A DNA stretch of 32,660 nucleotides from Fidelibacterota bacterium. Lineage in GTDB: Bacteria; Fidelibacterota; Marinisomatia; Marinisomatales; TCS55. The stretch is taken from the NCBI GenBank assembly GCA_046861385.1, contig JBHHTW010000026.1, forward strand, positions 1 to 32,660, in the 5' to 3' direction. Shown one piece after another: positions 16,087-25,377 of the stretch. The notes beneath the pieces were generated by a model. The model had not been told where the DNA came from and searched no databases. It saw only the letters and a list, made by a program, of their open reading frames with translations. Each line of letters starts with the position of its first letter. Position 1 is the stretch's first letter. The translations under genes and the position numbers were made by a program.

Positions 16087-16312
16087 AGTGGCTCGGGCCG
16101 GAATCCCCGCCTACGTACCTTCGGCCGGCAGGGAACCAGCTATCAAATGGATTAGAAAAGGAAAATCCCCGTATACCTACATATACAGGGATTTAGAGAG
16201 TGGCTCGGGCCGGAATCCCCGCCTACGTACCTTCGGCCGGCAGGGAACCAGCTATCAAATGGATTAGAAAAGGAAAATCCCCGTATACCTACATATACAG
16301 GGATTTAGAGAG

Positions 16313-16329
<17 letters not shown>
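16087..16329. repeat. Tandem 112-bp repeat (2 identical units plus a partial overlapping the tRNA 3' end)
   Basis: Units start at 16087, 16199 and 16311 (agtggctcgggccggaatc). Each full unit is the tRNA 3' fragment with a 27-bp insert followed by the terminator region. Confidence 0.95.
16266..16306 (-). terminator. Intrinsic terminator of tRNA-Phe (duplicated at 16154-16194)
   Basis: Minus strand AAATCCCTGTATA-TGTAGG-TATACGGGGATTT followed by TCCTTTTCT, just 3' of the tRNA. Confidence 0.75.
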
Positions 16330-16385
<56 letters not shown>

Positions 16386-16426
16386 ACAATTACAAAAATC
16401 ATTCATGACCCGGTAGCGAAGTCGGA

Positions 16427-16477
16427 GACTGTTTGCCACGCCGAAGTGATAACGAAGGCGGGAGCTACCAAGCCACA
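16427..16477 (-). repeat. Duplicated tRNA-Phe 5' end interrupted by a 31-bp REP-like insert
   Basis: Deleting 16432-16462 leaves gactgagctaccaagccaca, identical to 16369-16388. Confidence 0.8.
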
Positions 16478-16607
16478 GTAAATTGTTAAAAAAAGCCGCT
16501 GAAATTACCGGCGTTTATGGCCTTATGCAAATGCAAAGTCATCAATATTAAAGTCCTTGCTCATTGATGACAAGACATCTATTTTCCGCCGCAAAATTTT
16601 AAGACAA

Positions 16608-17207
16608 ATGAACATAATACTCGCATCACATAATCCTCATAAAGTGGAAGAGTTGAAATCAGTCCTCCGTGATTTATCCGTTGAGATCAAGACGCTGGGT
16701 GATTATCCAAATATAGGCGAAATTAAGGAAACCGGGAGTACACTGGAAGAGAATGCTTTACTGAAAGCCCAAACAGTTAACCGGTTAACCGGAATTCCGG
16801 CAATCGCTGATGACACTGGTTTGGAAGTTGATGCTCTTAATGGTGAGCCCGGGGTGTATTCTGCTCGTTATGCAGGTATGAGGGCGACCTACGAAGATAA
16901 TGTACAAAAACTTCTGGAGAAGATGTCGAATATAGAGGTTAAAAAGAGAACGGCCAGATTTCGAACAATTGTGGCGTTTGTTGATGGTGAAACTGAACTG
17001 ATGGCCGAAGGGAAAATTGATGGTATAATATCCCTTGAACCAAAGGGTTCGTCCGGGTTTGGATACGATCCGCTGTTTTATCTACCGGAAATGAATTGTA
17101 CATTCGCGGAACTTTCTGCAGAACAAAAGAATAAAATCAGTCATCGAGGACTCGCAATGCAAAAACTTCAAAAACATCTATCTGCTTATTGGAGCAGTAA
17201 TATATAA
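16608..17207 (+). CDS. rdgB: RdgB/HAM1 non-canonical purine NTP pyrophosphatase (dITP/XTP)
   Basis: ASHNPHK, EENALLKA, ADDTGLEVDAL.GEPGVYSARYAG, GFGYDPLF and KNKISHRG; ATG 16608. Confidence 0.96.
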   Translation: MNIILASHNPHKVEELKSVLRDLSVEIKTLGDYPNIGEIKETGSTLEENALLKAQTVNRLTGIPAIADDTGLEVDALNGEPGVYSARYAGMRATYEDNVQKLLEKMSNIEVKKRTARFRTIVAFVDGETELMAEGKIDGIISLEPKGSSGFGYDPLFYLPEMNCTFAELSAEQKNKISHRGLAMQKLQKHLSAYWSSNI

Positions 17208-17301
17208 ATCAGGAGTATAACCTATAGACCTACCGCTATTGGAATTAATCCCCGCGAGTTGGGATTACTGACACCAAAATAACAAAAAAGGAGATATCCC
17301 T

Positions 17302-20300
17302 TTGAAGAAAGGGAGTAAGGCCGTATTCGTATTAATACTGACCATTTCAGCAATTTTTGCGCAGAGTGGCTATTGGGATCCGTCCGCCCCAATATCTTCC
17401 GAAAACTATACGCCGTACTCTAATTTTGTTTCTCCTGCATTCCCCAATATACCTAAACCATTAAGTCTTTTATCTGATACTCTAACGACATCGCTGGGCT
17501 GGATAAAAATGAATTTTATCCAACATGATATTGAAATTTACATTGACCGCAATTGGGAATACATCACCATTACTGAATATATTGAAGATGAGATTTACAA
17601 AATTCCCTTTACGGCACCGGTGGAATGGTATTTTCAACAAATGATGGATGTAAAACGACAAATTGTTTTTACAGAAAAAGTGAATTTAAGTATAGAAGAA
17701 ACTCAGGCAGGCTCGCGCCGGGGTACTAAAGGAATTACTATCGATTTAGTGGATATGGGTGCCCTGGGCACTGCATCATTGCGCGTTCGGGGAAATATCA
17801 ATATTTCCGGGAAAATGGTCTTTCAGGATCAGGAATTGGTTAGATCCAGTTTAAATGATTCACAAAATACCCATCTCGAATTTGATCAAAAGCAGAATCT
17901 CAACGTTGAAGGGAAAATCGGCGATCGCATTACCGTTTTAATGGATAATGATTCTGAGCGTGATTTTGACTGGGAAAACAATATTCGTATTTCATACGAA
18001 GGGAAGGAAGATGATATTATTCAAAAAATTGATGCAGGGAATATTTCTCTTTCATTACCTGCCACACAATACGTGACGTTTTCTGGCCAAAATAAAGGCC
18101 TGTTCGGATTAAAAGCAGTGTCTAAGTTGGGTCCTGTGGATATCACAACCATTGCCTCCATTGAAAAAACAAAAAAAGAAATCAAGGAATACAAAGGAAC
18201 TGATGAGGCTGAAGGATTTCGCCTTCAGGATTATGAGTATATAAAAAATAAATACTTTTTCATTAATGAAATGTACCGTAATGGTATCGAAAATGGTCAG
18301 ACCGAATATAAAGGACAACAAAAAACCATTTCAAATATCCCTCCTTTTTATCCATTAAACGAAATTGGACAGCATTTTATTGGGCGCTATGTTATACGGG
18401 ATTTTGAATTATACCGAATGGATAATTCGCCTGATCCCAATACAAATCCCGGAACCGCTTTTGTACACATTGATAACCCCTCCGATGATGATCGTGAAAA
18501 TGTTAACTTTAAACGGTTGGAAAATGGTCAGGACTATTCACTCAGCAATGATCTTGGATTTATTCGTTTGAAAAATGCTTCAGCAGATCAATTATTGGCA
18601 TGTCATTACTTTATTGTTGAAGTGGATCCTGCAGATAGAAATGTTGCGGTGGATACTGTGTTAGCTGTCGGGCATGGTCTCTCCGGGAGCGATTCGACTC
18701 TGGCGCTGCAAATGATAAAGCCGGAGAATCTGACTCCCAACCATGATTTATGGGACTTAATGTTTAAAAATGTATATTCATTAAGAACTCAGAATATTAA
18801 TGAAGAAGGATTCAAGATAGTTATTTGGAATACCATCATGACACCTGATAAAGAATCCGACCCCAATGGCATTGCTTATATTACTCAGTTTGGTTTAGAC
18901 CTAGTGGATGAAGCCAATACACAAAACAGCGATAATATCATTGATAAAAATAATCCCAATATTGTGAGTCTTGCCAATGGGGAATTATTTTTCCCTATGT
19001 TCCATCCGTTTGCCAGTGATTCAATTGAAGGCGGAAATCAAAACCCGGATTTAAAAGGTGTCCTTGGGGAAGGAAAAATGTATACGTCTACTATAATAAA
19101 TGAAAAAACTGAAGATAAGCACTGGGAAATCGAAGTCACTTATAAAAATAAATCAACCAGTATCAATTTGGGATTTATGATAGTGGAAGGAAGTGACCAG
19201 GTGTTTTTACAAGGTAGAGAGTTAAAGCGAGGGACAGATTATCAGGTTGACTACTTTACGGGAACTCTTGTGTTAGATCCAAATCTGGATCCGAATGCCG
19301 AGCTGAAAATTCTTTTTGAAAAGCACGAATTGGTTTCCTTTGATAAAAAAACAATTGTGGGTACTCGAGCGCAGATGGATCTTGGGAAAAATTCTTTTCT
19401 TGGCGCCACTGCTCTTTATTATAACCAATCGATTATTAATGAAAAAGTAGAAGTAGGTTACGAACCGATGACAAATTTCATCTGGGATATGAACGGCCGA
19501 TACCAAATGGAATTTGACGGATTAACCCGCGCACTGGATCGATTACCCGTTATTGAAACGGAAAAAATATCTGCTTTTTCAATCGAAGGAGAAATAGCCC
19601 AAGTGCTGCCTAATCCAAATCCCTTGAATAATTCTGCCACAGGTGATCCGAATGGAGTAGCGTTTATTGACGATTTTGAAGGCGCCAAGAGAACCACATC
19701 CATTCCAATCCAGCGAAGATACTGGAAAGAGGGATCAGCCCCCATTGTTTCAGAAACCGGGAAGTTTTATTCTCAAAGAAAACGAGCCAAATTAACTTGG
19801 TACAATCCTTATGTACAAATCAGAACAAAAGATATCTGGCCAAATCAATCCACATCTATTCAAGCTCAAAATGAAACAACAGACATATTGAGACTCAAAT
19901 ATCGACCACGAACCGTTCAAAGAAATCTACCACCGGATACTGTTTGGGCGGCCATCACATCTCCTCTGTATTCCGGAGACTATGATCAGACTCAAACAAA
20001 GTTTTTTGAAATTTGGCTTTATGGTGAAAAAGGGAAAATTACTTTTGACCTTGGGCGTATCAGTGAAGACAGAAATGGTGACGGTTTATTAAATACGGAA
20101 GATGAAAAAGTAGGTGGAATGGCCGGAAATACTCTCTTAGACGAAGGTGAAGATATTGGTTTGGATGGATGCACGGATGAATTTGAAGACGGTTGGGGAG
20201 GGTGCCTGGATACATTTTATGTCGATGTAGTTGATAATCCTGAATGGGAGGATTTAGTTTATACCGGGTCGGATAGAAATCTGGACGACCCTAACGGAGA

Positions 20301-23300
20301 TAATTGGACTTATAAAGAAGGCAGTTCTGATTATTCTCATATCAACGGGACCGAAAATAATAAACGGGATGGAGGAAGTTATCCCGATACAGAAAGTTTG
20401 GATCGCTCAAACGAACTGATTAAAAAGAATGACTATTTCACGAAATCACTTTTTCTGTCCGATACGACTTATTTGGCCGGACGTACAAAAAAAACCAACG
20501 GGGAACTTACCGGATGGAAATTATATCGAATTCCTTTGATTCATTTTCTACCATTAGATTCTATGATGAGTAATGAATGGACTGAAATTCGCCATATTCG
20601 TTTGACGGTGTCTGATACAGGAAATGTGGACATAAACGTTGCAAAAATTGAATTGGTGGGAAATGATTGGCAGGAATTAGGTATTTCGGCAGATACATCC
20701 AACATCTTTACAAAAGAAAATTCTGATAGCGTTTTCGCCATATCTGTCGTGAATACGGAAGACAATGCAAACTATACGCCTCCAAAAGGTGTGAGAGGTG
20801 AATACGATCGGATTAATGATATACGATCTAAAGAACAATCACTCGTATTGAAATTCCAGGATTTGCCTGCCCGTCACAGTGGAGCTGCCATCAAAAGTTT
20901 GATGAAAATTTCCGGCGCCAACTACCTCACGTATGACAAAATGAAAATGTACGTATATGGGGAGACCCAAAATGCGTGGATTGGAAACGATGAAACAAAT
21001 GTAAATTTCTTTTTGCGTTTCGGGCAGGGAAAAAATTATTATGAAATTATTCAACCCGTTTATTCAGGGTGGGATGAATCTGCAGGGCGCAATTCAATCG
21101 AGGTCGATCTTAATTGGTTAACCAAACTCAAGCTTCAGGATTCATCCAAAGTAAATAAATATCAGGATACCGATATTTACGAGATTACTGATAAGGAACG
21201 AATATATACATTTACAGATGAAAAGGGAATACCAACGGGTAAAATAGTAAAAATCATAGGAAAACCGTCCCTATCGAGTATTCAATTTTTTACCGTGGGC
21301 ATTACCAATAATGCTGATGAACCGATTACTGGTGAAGTGTGGTTGGATGAAATGAGGTTAAGCGGAGTCAAAAGGGACCGCGGAGTGGCTATGAGGGTGC
21401 AATCACAATTCAATTTGGCGGACCTCATAAGTTCTACATTTTCCTATAGCCGGAAAGATGCGGATTTTCATGTATTGCAACAACGATTGGGAAGTAACAC
21501 CAATACGGAAAGTTTTCGCTTAAGTCTCAATACTCATCTCAACAAATTTTTACCGAAATCATGGGGTATCAGCATACCGGTCAACACCTCTTTTTCAAGT
21601 ACGCTAAGAAAACCAAAATATTTTCCGGATTCCGATATTTTAGTGAATCAGGATGCTATCCCCGATTCAATCCTATCGAGACAGCGGGATATTTCTTTAA
21701 GTACATCTTTATCCAAATCCAGTAAATCTGATAATAAAATTATTAAAGCAACTTTGGATAAAATTAAACCAAGCTTTTCTGTCTCTCAATCGAAAGCTTC
21801 AAATGAATTGAATTCTGAAGTCTTAAAGGAAAATTACTCGGGGAAAATAAATTACAATTATTCATTTGGTAGAGATAATTATATCTCCCCGTTTAAATGG
21901 TTGAAACCCGTACCGTGGCTGGGATCGAAAATAGAAGAATTACATTTTTACTATACTCCATCAGCGTTTACGGCAGGTATGAATTTTAACGAATCCTTAA
22001 CCCAGACAACCAAGCGCCTCGGGGGAAGAATACCGGACAACTACTCTTTTAAGTTGAATCGATCGTTTGGATTAGATTACAATTTGACCGATAAACTGAA
22101 AACCAAGTACAAGCGATCAATTTCAAGTGATATGCAGGACTATCGGGGTTATGTATGGTCGGCAATTCAACAGTTTGATCCGGGAATTGTTAACAATATA
22201 ACCGAAAATTTGAATACATCATTTAATCCGCAAATCTTTTCATGGCTGAAACCAAATATTACACATAGCGCAGGATACAGATGGAACAAGCCCAGAACGA
22301 GTACAGTGGATGGCGCAACCATTGGCACACAGTTGAGATTCTCTTCGAGTGTAAGCATTCTCCCGTCGCAAATTTTTGAGATGGTATATAAGCCGCCCTC
22401 AAAAAATACACGTCAGCCGCAGGGCAGACGAAGAGGACGGTCCCGAAAACCTGTAGCTGAAGAAGTAAAGAAAAAAGAACAAAAAGATATTCCATTCCTT
22501 ACATCTATGCATGGGATCATTAAAAAAATTAATACCATTAATTTAACATATACTGAAAATTTGAATCGGACAAGTTATGGAGTACAGGGAAATGTCCCGA
22601 CAGGTTATAAGTTTGGCTGGCTTCCTGAACACGGGATGACCCATGATCAAACTATTGGTTCAAACTTAGGCGCATGGGATCATAAAAGGGATTTTTCAGT
22701 CCGATCCGGATTAAATCTGACAAGAACTATTTCAACATCTTTTAATTACTCTCAAAAGGTTTCTACAACCATCGGAGCTTCAAATATTGAACAGCGATCT
22801 ATGGAGCGCGATTATTTATCATGGGGAGATAAATTAGAAAATGGCTTTCCTTTCTTCGGATGGAGCGTGAGATGGACAGGAGTTGAAAAATGGCCTCTCA
22901 TAAAAAATATTGCTAGAACCGCCAGCCTGGAACATGGAATGAGCGGTAGAAACTCCCGAGCGTGGCAATTTGAAAATATTCATGTACGAAAAATGCCCCT
23001 TTTTGATCTGGATCCATTTATCAGTGAGTTTAAAGATGATCAACGATCTTCAAGAACAAATATTAGTTTTTCACCGCTGATTGGTTTAAATATGAACCTT
23101 AAGAAAGGGATTTCATTTAATATAAGACACACGGTGTCAAAATCAGTTCAGGACGAATTAAACGGTTTGAGTGTTCGGAAAGAAAAGAGCTTAACAGCCA
23201 GCAGTAATTACAGTCATCGTGGGGGATTCACCATTCCTCTGCCGATGACGGACGACTGGCATATTCAAAACACTGTAAATTTCACACTTAATTTCGACAT

Positions 23301-23520
23301 GAATGAAAGTGAAACATTGGGCAGTCAAGATGGTGGCGCGGAGTTTGGGCAACTAGCGTTTAATTCAGGCTGGAAAACAGCCTTACGCATTTCATACTCG
23401 TTTAGTTCTCAAATCACCGGAGGTATTATTTATGAATACAGAGAAACAGATTCCAAAACCACCGGCAGGAAAATAGACCGGGACTTTGGATTTGATGTAA
23501 ACATTGCCATAAGCGGATAA
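17302..23520 (+). CDS. sprA: T9SS outer-membrane translocon SprA/Sov homologue (2072 aa)
   Basis: TTG start with AAGGAG RBS; signal peptide; SprA hallmarks GKIGD...FDWENNIRISYEGKEDDIIQKIDAGNISL, GLFGLK, WDLMFKNVY, DYQVDYFTG, FIDDFEG and VWLDEMRL; beta-strand-rich C-terminal region. Confidence 0.92.
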   Translation: MKKGSKAVFVLILTISAIFAQSGYWDPSAPISSENYTPYSNFVSPAFPNIPKPLSLLSDTLTTSLGWIKMNFIQHDIEIYIDRNWEYITITEYIEDEIYKIPFTAPVEWYFQQMMDVKRQIVFTEKVNLSIEETQAGSRRGTKGITIDLVDMGALGTASLRVRGNINISGKMVFQDQELVRSSLNDSQNTHLEFDQKQNLNVEGKIGDRITVLMDNDSERDFDWENNIRISYEGKEDDIIQKIDAGNISLSLPATQYVTFSGQNKGLFGLKAVSKLGPVDITTIASIEKTKKEIKEYKGTDEAEGFRLQDYEYIKNKYFFINEMYRNGIENGQTEYKGQQKTISNIPPFYPLNEIGQHFIGRYVIRDFELYRMDNSPDPNTNPGTAFVHIDNPSDDDRENVNFKRLENGQDYSLSNDLGFIRLKNASADQLLACHYFIVEVDPADRNVAVDTVLAVGHGLSGSDSTLALQMIKPENLTPNHDLWDLMFKNVYSLRTQNINEEGFKIVIWNTIMTPDKESDPNGIAYITQFGLDLVDEANTQNSDNIIDKNNPNIVSLANGELFFPMFHPFASDSIEGGNQNPDLKGVLGEGKMYTSTIINEKTEDKHWEIEVTYKNKSTSINLGFMIVEGSDQVFLQGRELKRGTDYQVDYFTGTLVLDPNLDPNAELKILFEKHELVSFDKKTIVGTRAQMDLGKNSFLGATALYYNQSIINEKVEVGYEPMTNFIWDMNGRYQMEFDGLTRALDRLPVIETEKISAFSIEGEIAQVLPNPNPLNNSATGDPNGVAFIDDFEGAKRTTSIPIQRRYWKEGSAPIVSETGKFYSQRKRAKLTWYNPYVQIRTKDIWPNQSTSIQAQNETTDILRLKYRPRTVQRNLPPDTVWAAITSPLYSGDYDQTQTKFFEIWLYGEKGKITFDLGRISEDRNGDGLLNTEDEKVGGMAGNTLLDEGEDIGLDGCTDEFEDGWGGCLDTFYVDVVDNPEWEDLVYTGSDRNLDDPNGDNWTYKEGSSDYSHINGTENNKRDGGSYPDTESLDRSNELIKKNDYFTKSLFLSDTTYLAGRTKKTNGELTGWKLYRIPLIHFLPLDSMMSNEWTEIRHIRLTVSDTGNVDINVAKIELVGNDWQELGISADTSNIFTKENSDSVFAISVVNTEDNANYTPPKGVRGEYDRINDIRSKEQSLVLKFQDLPARHSGAAIKSLMKISGANYLTYDKMKMYVYGETQNAWIGNDETNVNFFLRFGQGKNYYEIIQPVYSGWDESAGRNSIEVDLNWLTKLKLQDSSKVNKYQDTDIYEITDKERIYTFTDEKGIPTGKIVKIIGKPSLSSIQFFTVGITNNADEPITGEVWLDEMRLSGVKRDRGVAMRVQSQFNLADLISSTFSYSRKDADFHVLQQRLGSNTNTESFRLSLNTHLNKFLPKSWGISIPVNTSFSSTLRKPKYFPDSDILVNQDAIPDSILSRQRDISLSTSLSKSSKSDNKIIKATLDKIKPSFSVSQSKASNELNSEVLKENYSGKINYNYSFGRDNYISPFKWLKPVPWLGSKIEELHFYYTPSAFTAGMNFNESLTQTTKRLGGRIPDNYSFKLNRSFGLDYNLTDKLKTKYKRSISSDMQDYRGYVWSAIQQFDPGIVNNITENLNTSFNPQIFSWLKPNITHSAGYRWNKPRTSTVDGATIGTQLRFSSSVSILPSQIFEMVYKPPSKNTRQPQGRRRGRSRKPVAEEVKKKEQKDIPFLTSMHGIIKKINTINLTYTENLNRTSYGVQGNVPTGYKFGWLPEHGMTHDQTIGSNLGAWDHKRDFSVRSGLNLTRTISTSFNYSQKVSTTIGASNIEQRSMERDYLSWGDKLENGFPFFGWSVRWTGVEKWPLIKNIARTASLEHGMSGRNSRAWQFENIHVRKMPLFDLDPFISEFKDDQRSSRTNISFSPLIGLNMNLKKGISFNIRHTVSKSVQDELNGLSVRKEKSLTASSNYSHRGGFTIPLPMTDDWHIQNTVNFTLNFDMNESETLGSQDGGAEFGQLAFNSGWKTALRISYSFSSQITGGIIYEYRETDSKTTGRKIDRDFGFDVNIAISG

Positions 23521-23629
23521 GGTTAGTGAGTTCTATCTGGTTATTAGTAGTTATTATGGAATACGCTGCTTATGTCAACGTTCCTTTGACACGGCCAATA
23601 CAGTCCGAAATGTGGTAGATATTAAAAAA

Positions 23630-24550
23630 ATGAAAATAATAATAAAATTAACATTAACTATATTTGGACTATTAGTCACTGCAGGATGTAAAAATTCCAT
23701 ACCGGAATTTTCCGGGGATAAAGCATTTGTTTATTTAGAAAAGCAATGTTCTTTTGGACCTCGAAATCCGGGCTCGGATGGATATCATTCTTGTAAAGAT
23801 TATTTAATTGATCAATTGAAATTAAAAGCAGACACTGTTTGGACACAACCTTTCACGTATATAGATCCTTATAGGGATGGTGAATACAATCTATCAAATA
23901 TTATCGCTCGTTTCAATCCGGATGCAGAAAAGCAAATATTATTAGGTGCCCACTGGGATACGCGGCCTTGGGCAGATCAGGAATCGAATCTTGGCGATCA
24001 AATCAAACCTATCATTGGCGCCAATGACGGTGCCAGTGGTGTCGCGGTTTTATTAGCTTTGGCAGAGGTATTTCAGAATCATGATTTAAAGGTCGGTATC
24101 ACCCTTGTTCTGTTTGATGGTGAAGATTTAGGAATGTCCGGCGAAAGTGAATCTTATGCCCAGGGTTCGCTGTATTTTTCAAAAAATCTCCCAATCCCAA
24201 AACCAGAATATGCTATCGTTTTGGATATGGTTGGAGATACTTATTTACATCTTCCAATTGAGAGGATCTCTTATAGTCAAGCGCCAAAGTTAACTCGCAG
24301 AATATGGAAACTTGCTAACCGATTGAATTTACCGGCGTTCGATCAATCCCTTGGTTATTCAATCTATGATGATCACGTGCCTCTTTGGAAATATGCGGGA
24401 ATACCGGCTGTGGATATTATTGATTTTGACTACCCCAACCGCTTTTCGAATTACTGGCATACAAACCAGGACATCCCGGAGAATTGTTCCCCGTCAAGCC
24501 TGGAGCAAGTGGGTACATTGTTAGTTCATCATATCTATGGAATCGAATGA
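23630..24550 (+). CDS. M28 family lipoprotein, probable glutaminyl-peptide cyclotransferase (zinc-dependent, animal-type QC)
   Basis: Lipobox VTAG-C; FGPRNPGS, AHWDTRPWAD, GANDGASGV, FDGED, LDMVG, DDH and YWHT motifs. Confidence 0.8.
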   Translation: MKIIIKLTLTIFGLLVTAGCKNSIPEFSGDKAFVYLEKQCSFGPRNPGSDGYHSCKDYLIDQLKLKADTVWTQPFTYIDPYRDGEYNLSNIIARFNPDAEKQILLGAHWDTRPWADQESNLGDQIKPIIGANDGASGVAVLLALAEVFQNHDLKVGITLVLFDGEDLGMSGESESYAQGSLYFSKNLPIPKPEYAIVLDMVGDTYLHLPIERISYSQAPKLTRRIWKLANRLNLPAFDQSLGYSIYDDHVPLWKYAGIPAVDIIDFDYPNRFSNYWHTNQDIPENCSPSSLEQVGTLLVHHIYGIE

Positions 24551-25377
24551 TGAAACCGTTATATTTTGTTCCTATGCGTAAACATGTTTGGTTATTATTG
24601 GGCATACTCATTTTTATTTGGGGTTGCCCTGATGGGAAATCCACTACTGATGAATCAGTGCTTCTGAGCGATTTGCAATTTAACTATAACCAGGGTTTGA
24701 ACGAATTATTTGTGAGTGCCCAGGTCGCACCATCTTATTTGGGGAAACGACTAAAAGCAGTTAATGCACTATATTTTGGTTTTGATACTACCCAAACTGC
24801 CGACACCTTCCTTTTGAATGATAACGGTTCATCCGGCGATATAATTGCCGATGATGATGTGTACTCTCAAAAAATGAATAATGATACTAGTTCAGTTTCA
24901 TATGTTCTTAAACCATCAGATACGGATACGGTATATGTGAAATTTCTGGCTCAATATGTTGCAGGAAATAAAAGCATTATGGCAAGTTATAAAATGGGGA
25001 ATCAGGGTCCGACCATCCTGTCTGTCAGTATGCCCGATACATTAAAACGCCCTGGAGCTGACAGTGTTACAGTCAGTACGATCGTTGTGAATATAGATGA
25101 TCCCAACGGACATGAAGATGTTCAGACTTGCTATCTCATGTTCCAAAAACCAGACGGTACTTATTCCAGCGGAAGCCCCATTTCTCTTTATGATGACGGG
25201 AATAAGGACTTTTCCATGTATCTATGGGATGATGTTGCGAATGATGGTAAATTTTCACGCTACATTATTATTGATTCCAATAATCCCTTAGGGACATACA
25301 CATCCCATTTTTACGCCAGAGATTACTCCGGCATTTTATCTGAACCATTTTTAACAAAGATGGTGGTGATTCCATGA
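24547..25377 (+). CDS. Lipoprotein with two LxDxG..D..AxDx.(Y/F)S motifs (choice-of-anchor X-like)
   Basis: ATGA overlap with the upstream stop; lipobox IWG-C; LNDNGSSGDIIADDDVYS and LYDDG...DDVANDGKFS. The start could also be the MRKH Met. Confidence 0.7.
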   Translation: MMKPLYFVPMRKHVWLLLGILIFIWGCPDGKSTTDESVLLSDLQFNYNQGLNELFVSAQVAPSYLGKRLKAVNALYFGFDTTQTADTFLLNDNGSSGDIIADDDVYSQKMNNDTSSVSYVLKPSDTDTVYVKFLAQYVAGNKSIMASYKMGNQGPTILSVSMPDTLKRPGADSVTVSTIVVNIDDPNGHEDVQTCYLMFQKPDGTYSSGSPISLYDDGNKDFSMYLWDDVANDGKFSRYIIIDSNNPLGTYTSHFYARDYSGILSEPFLTKMVVIP

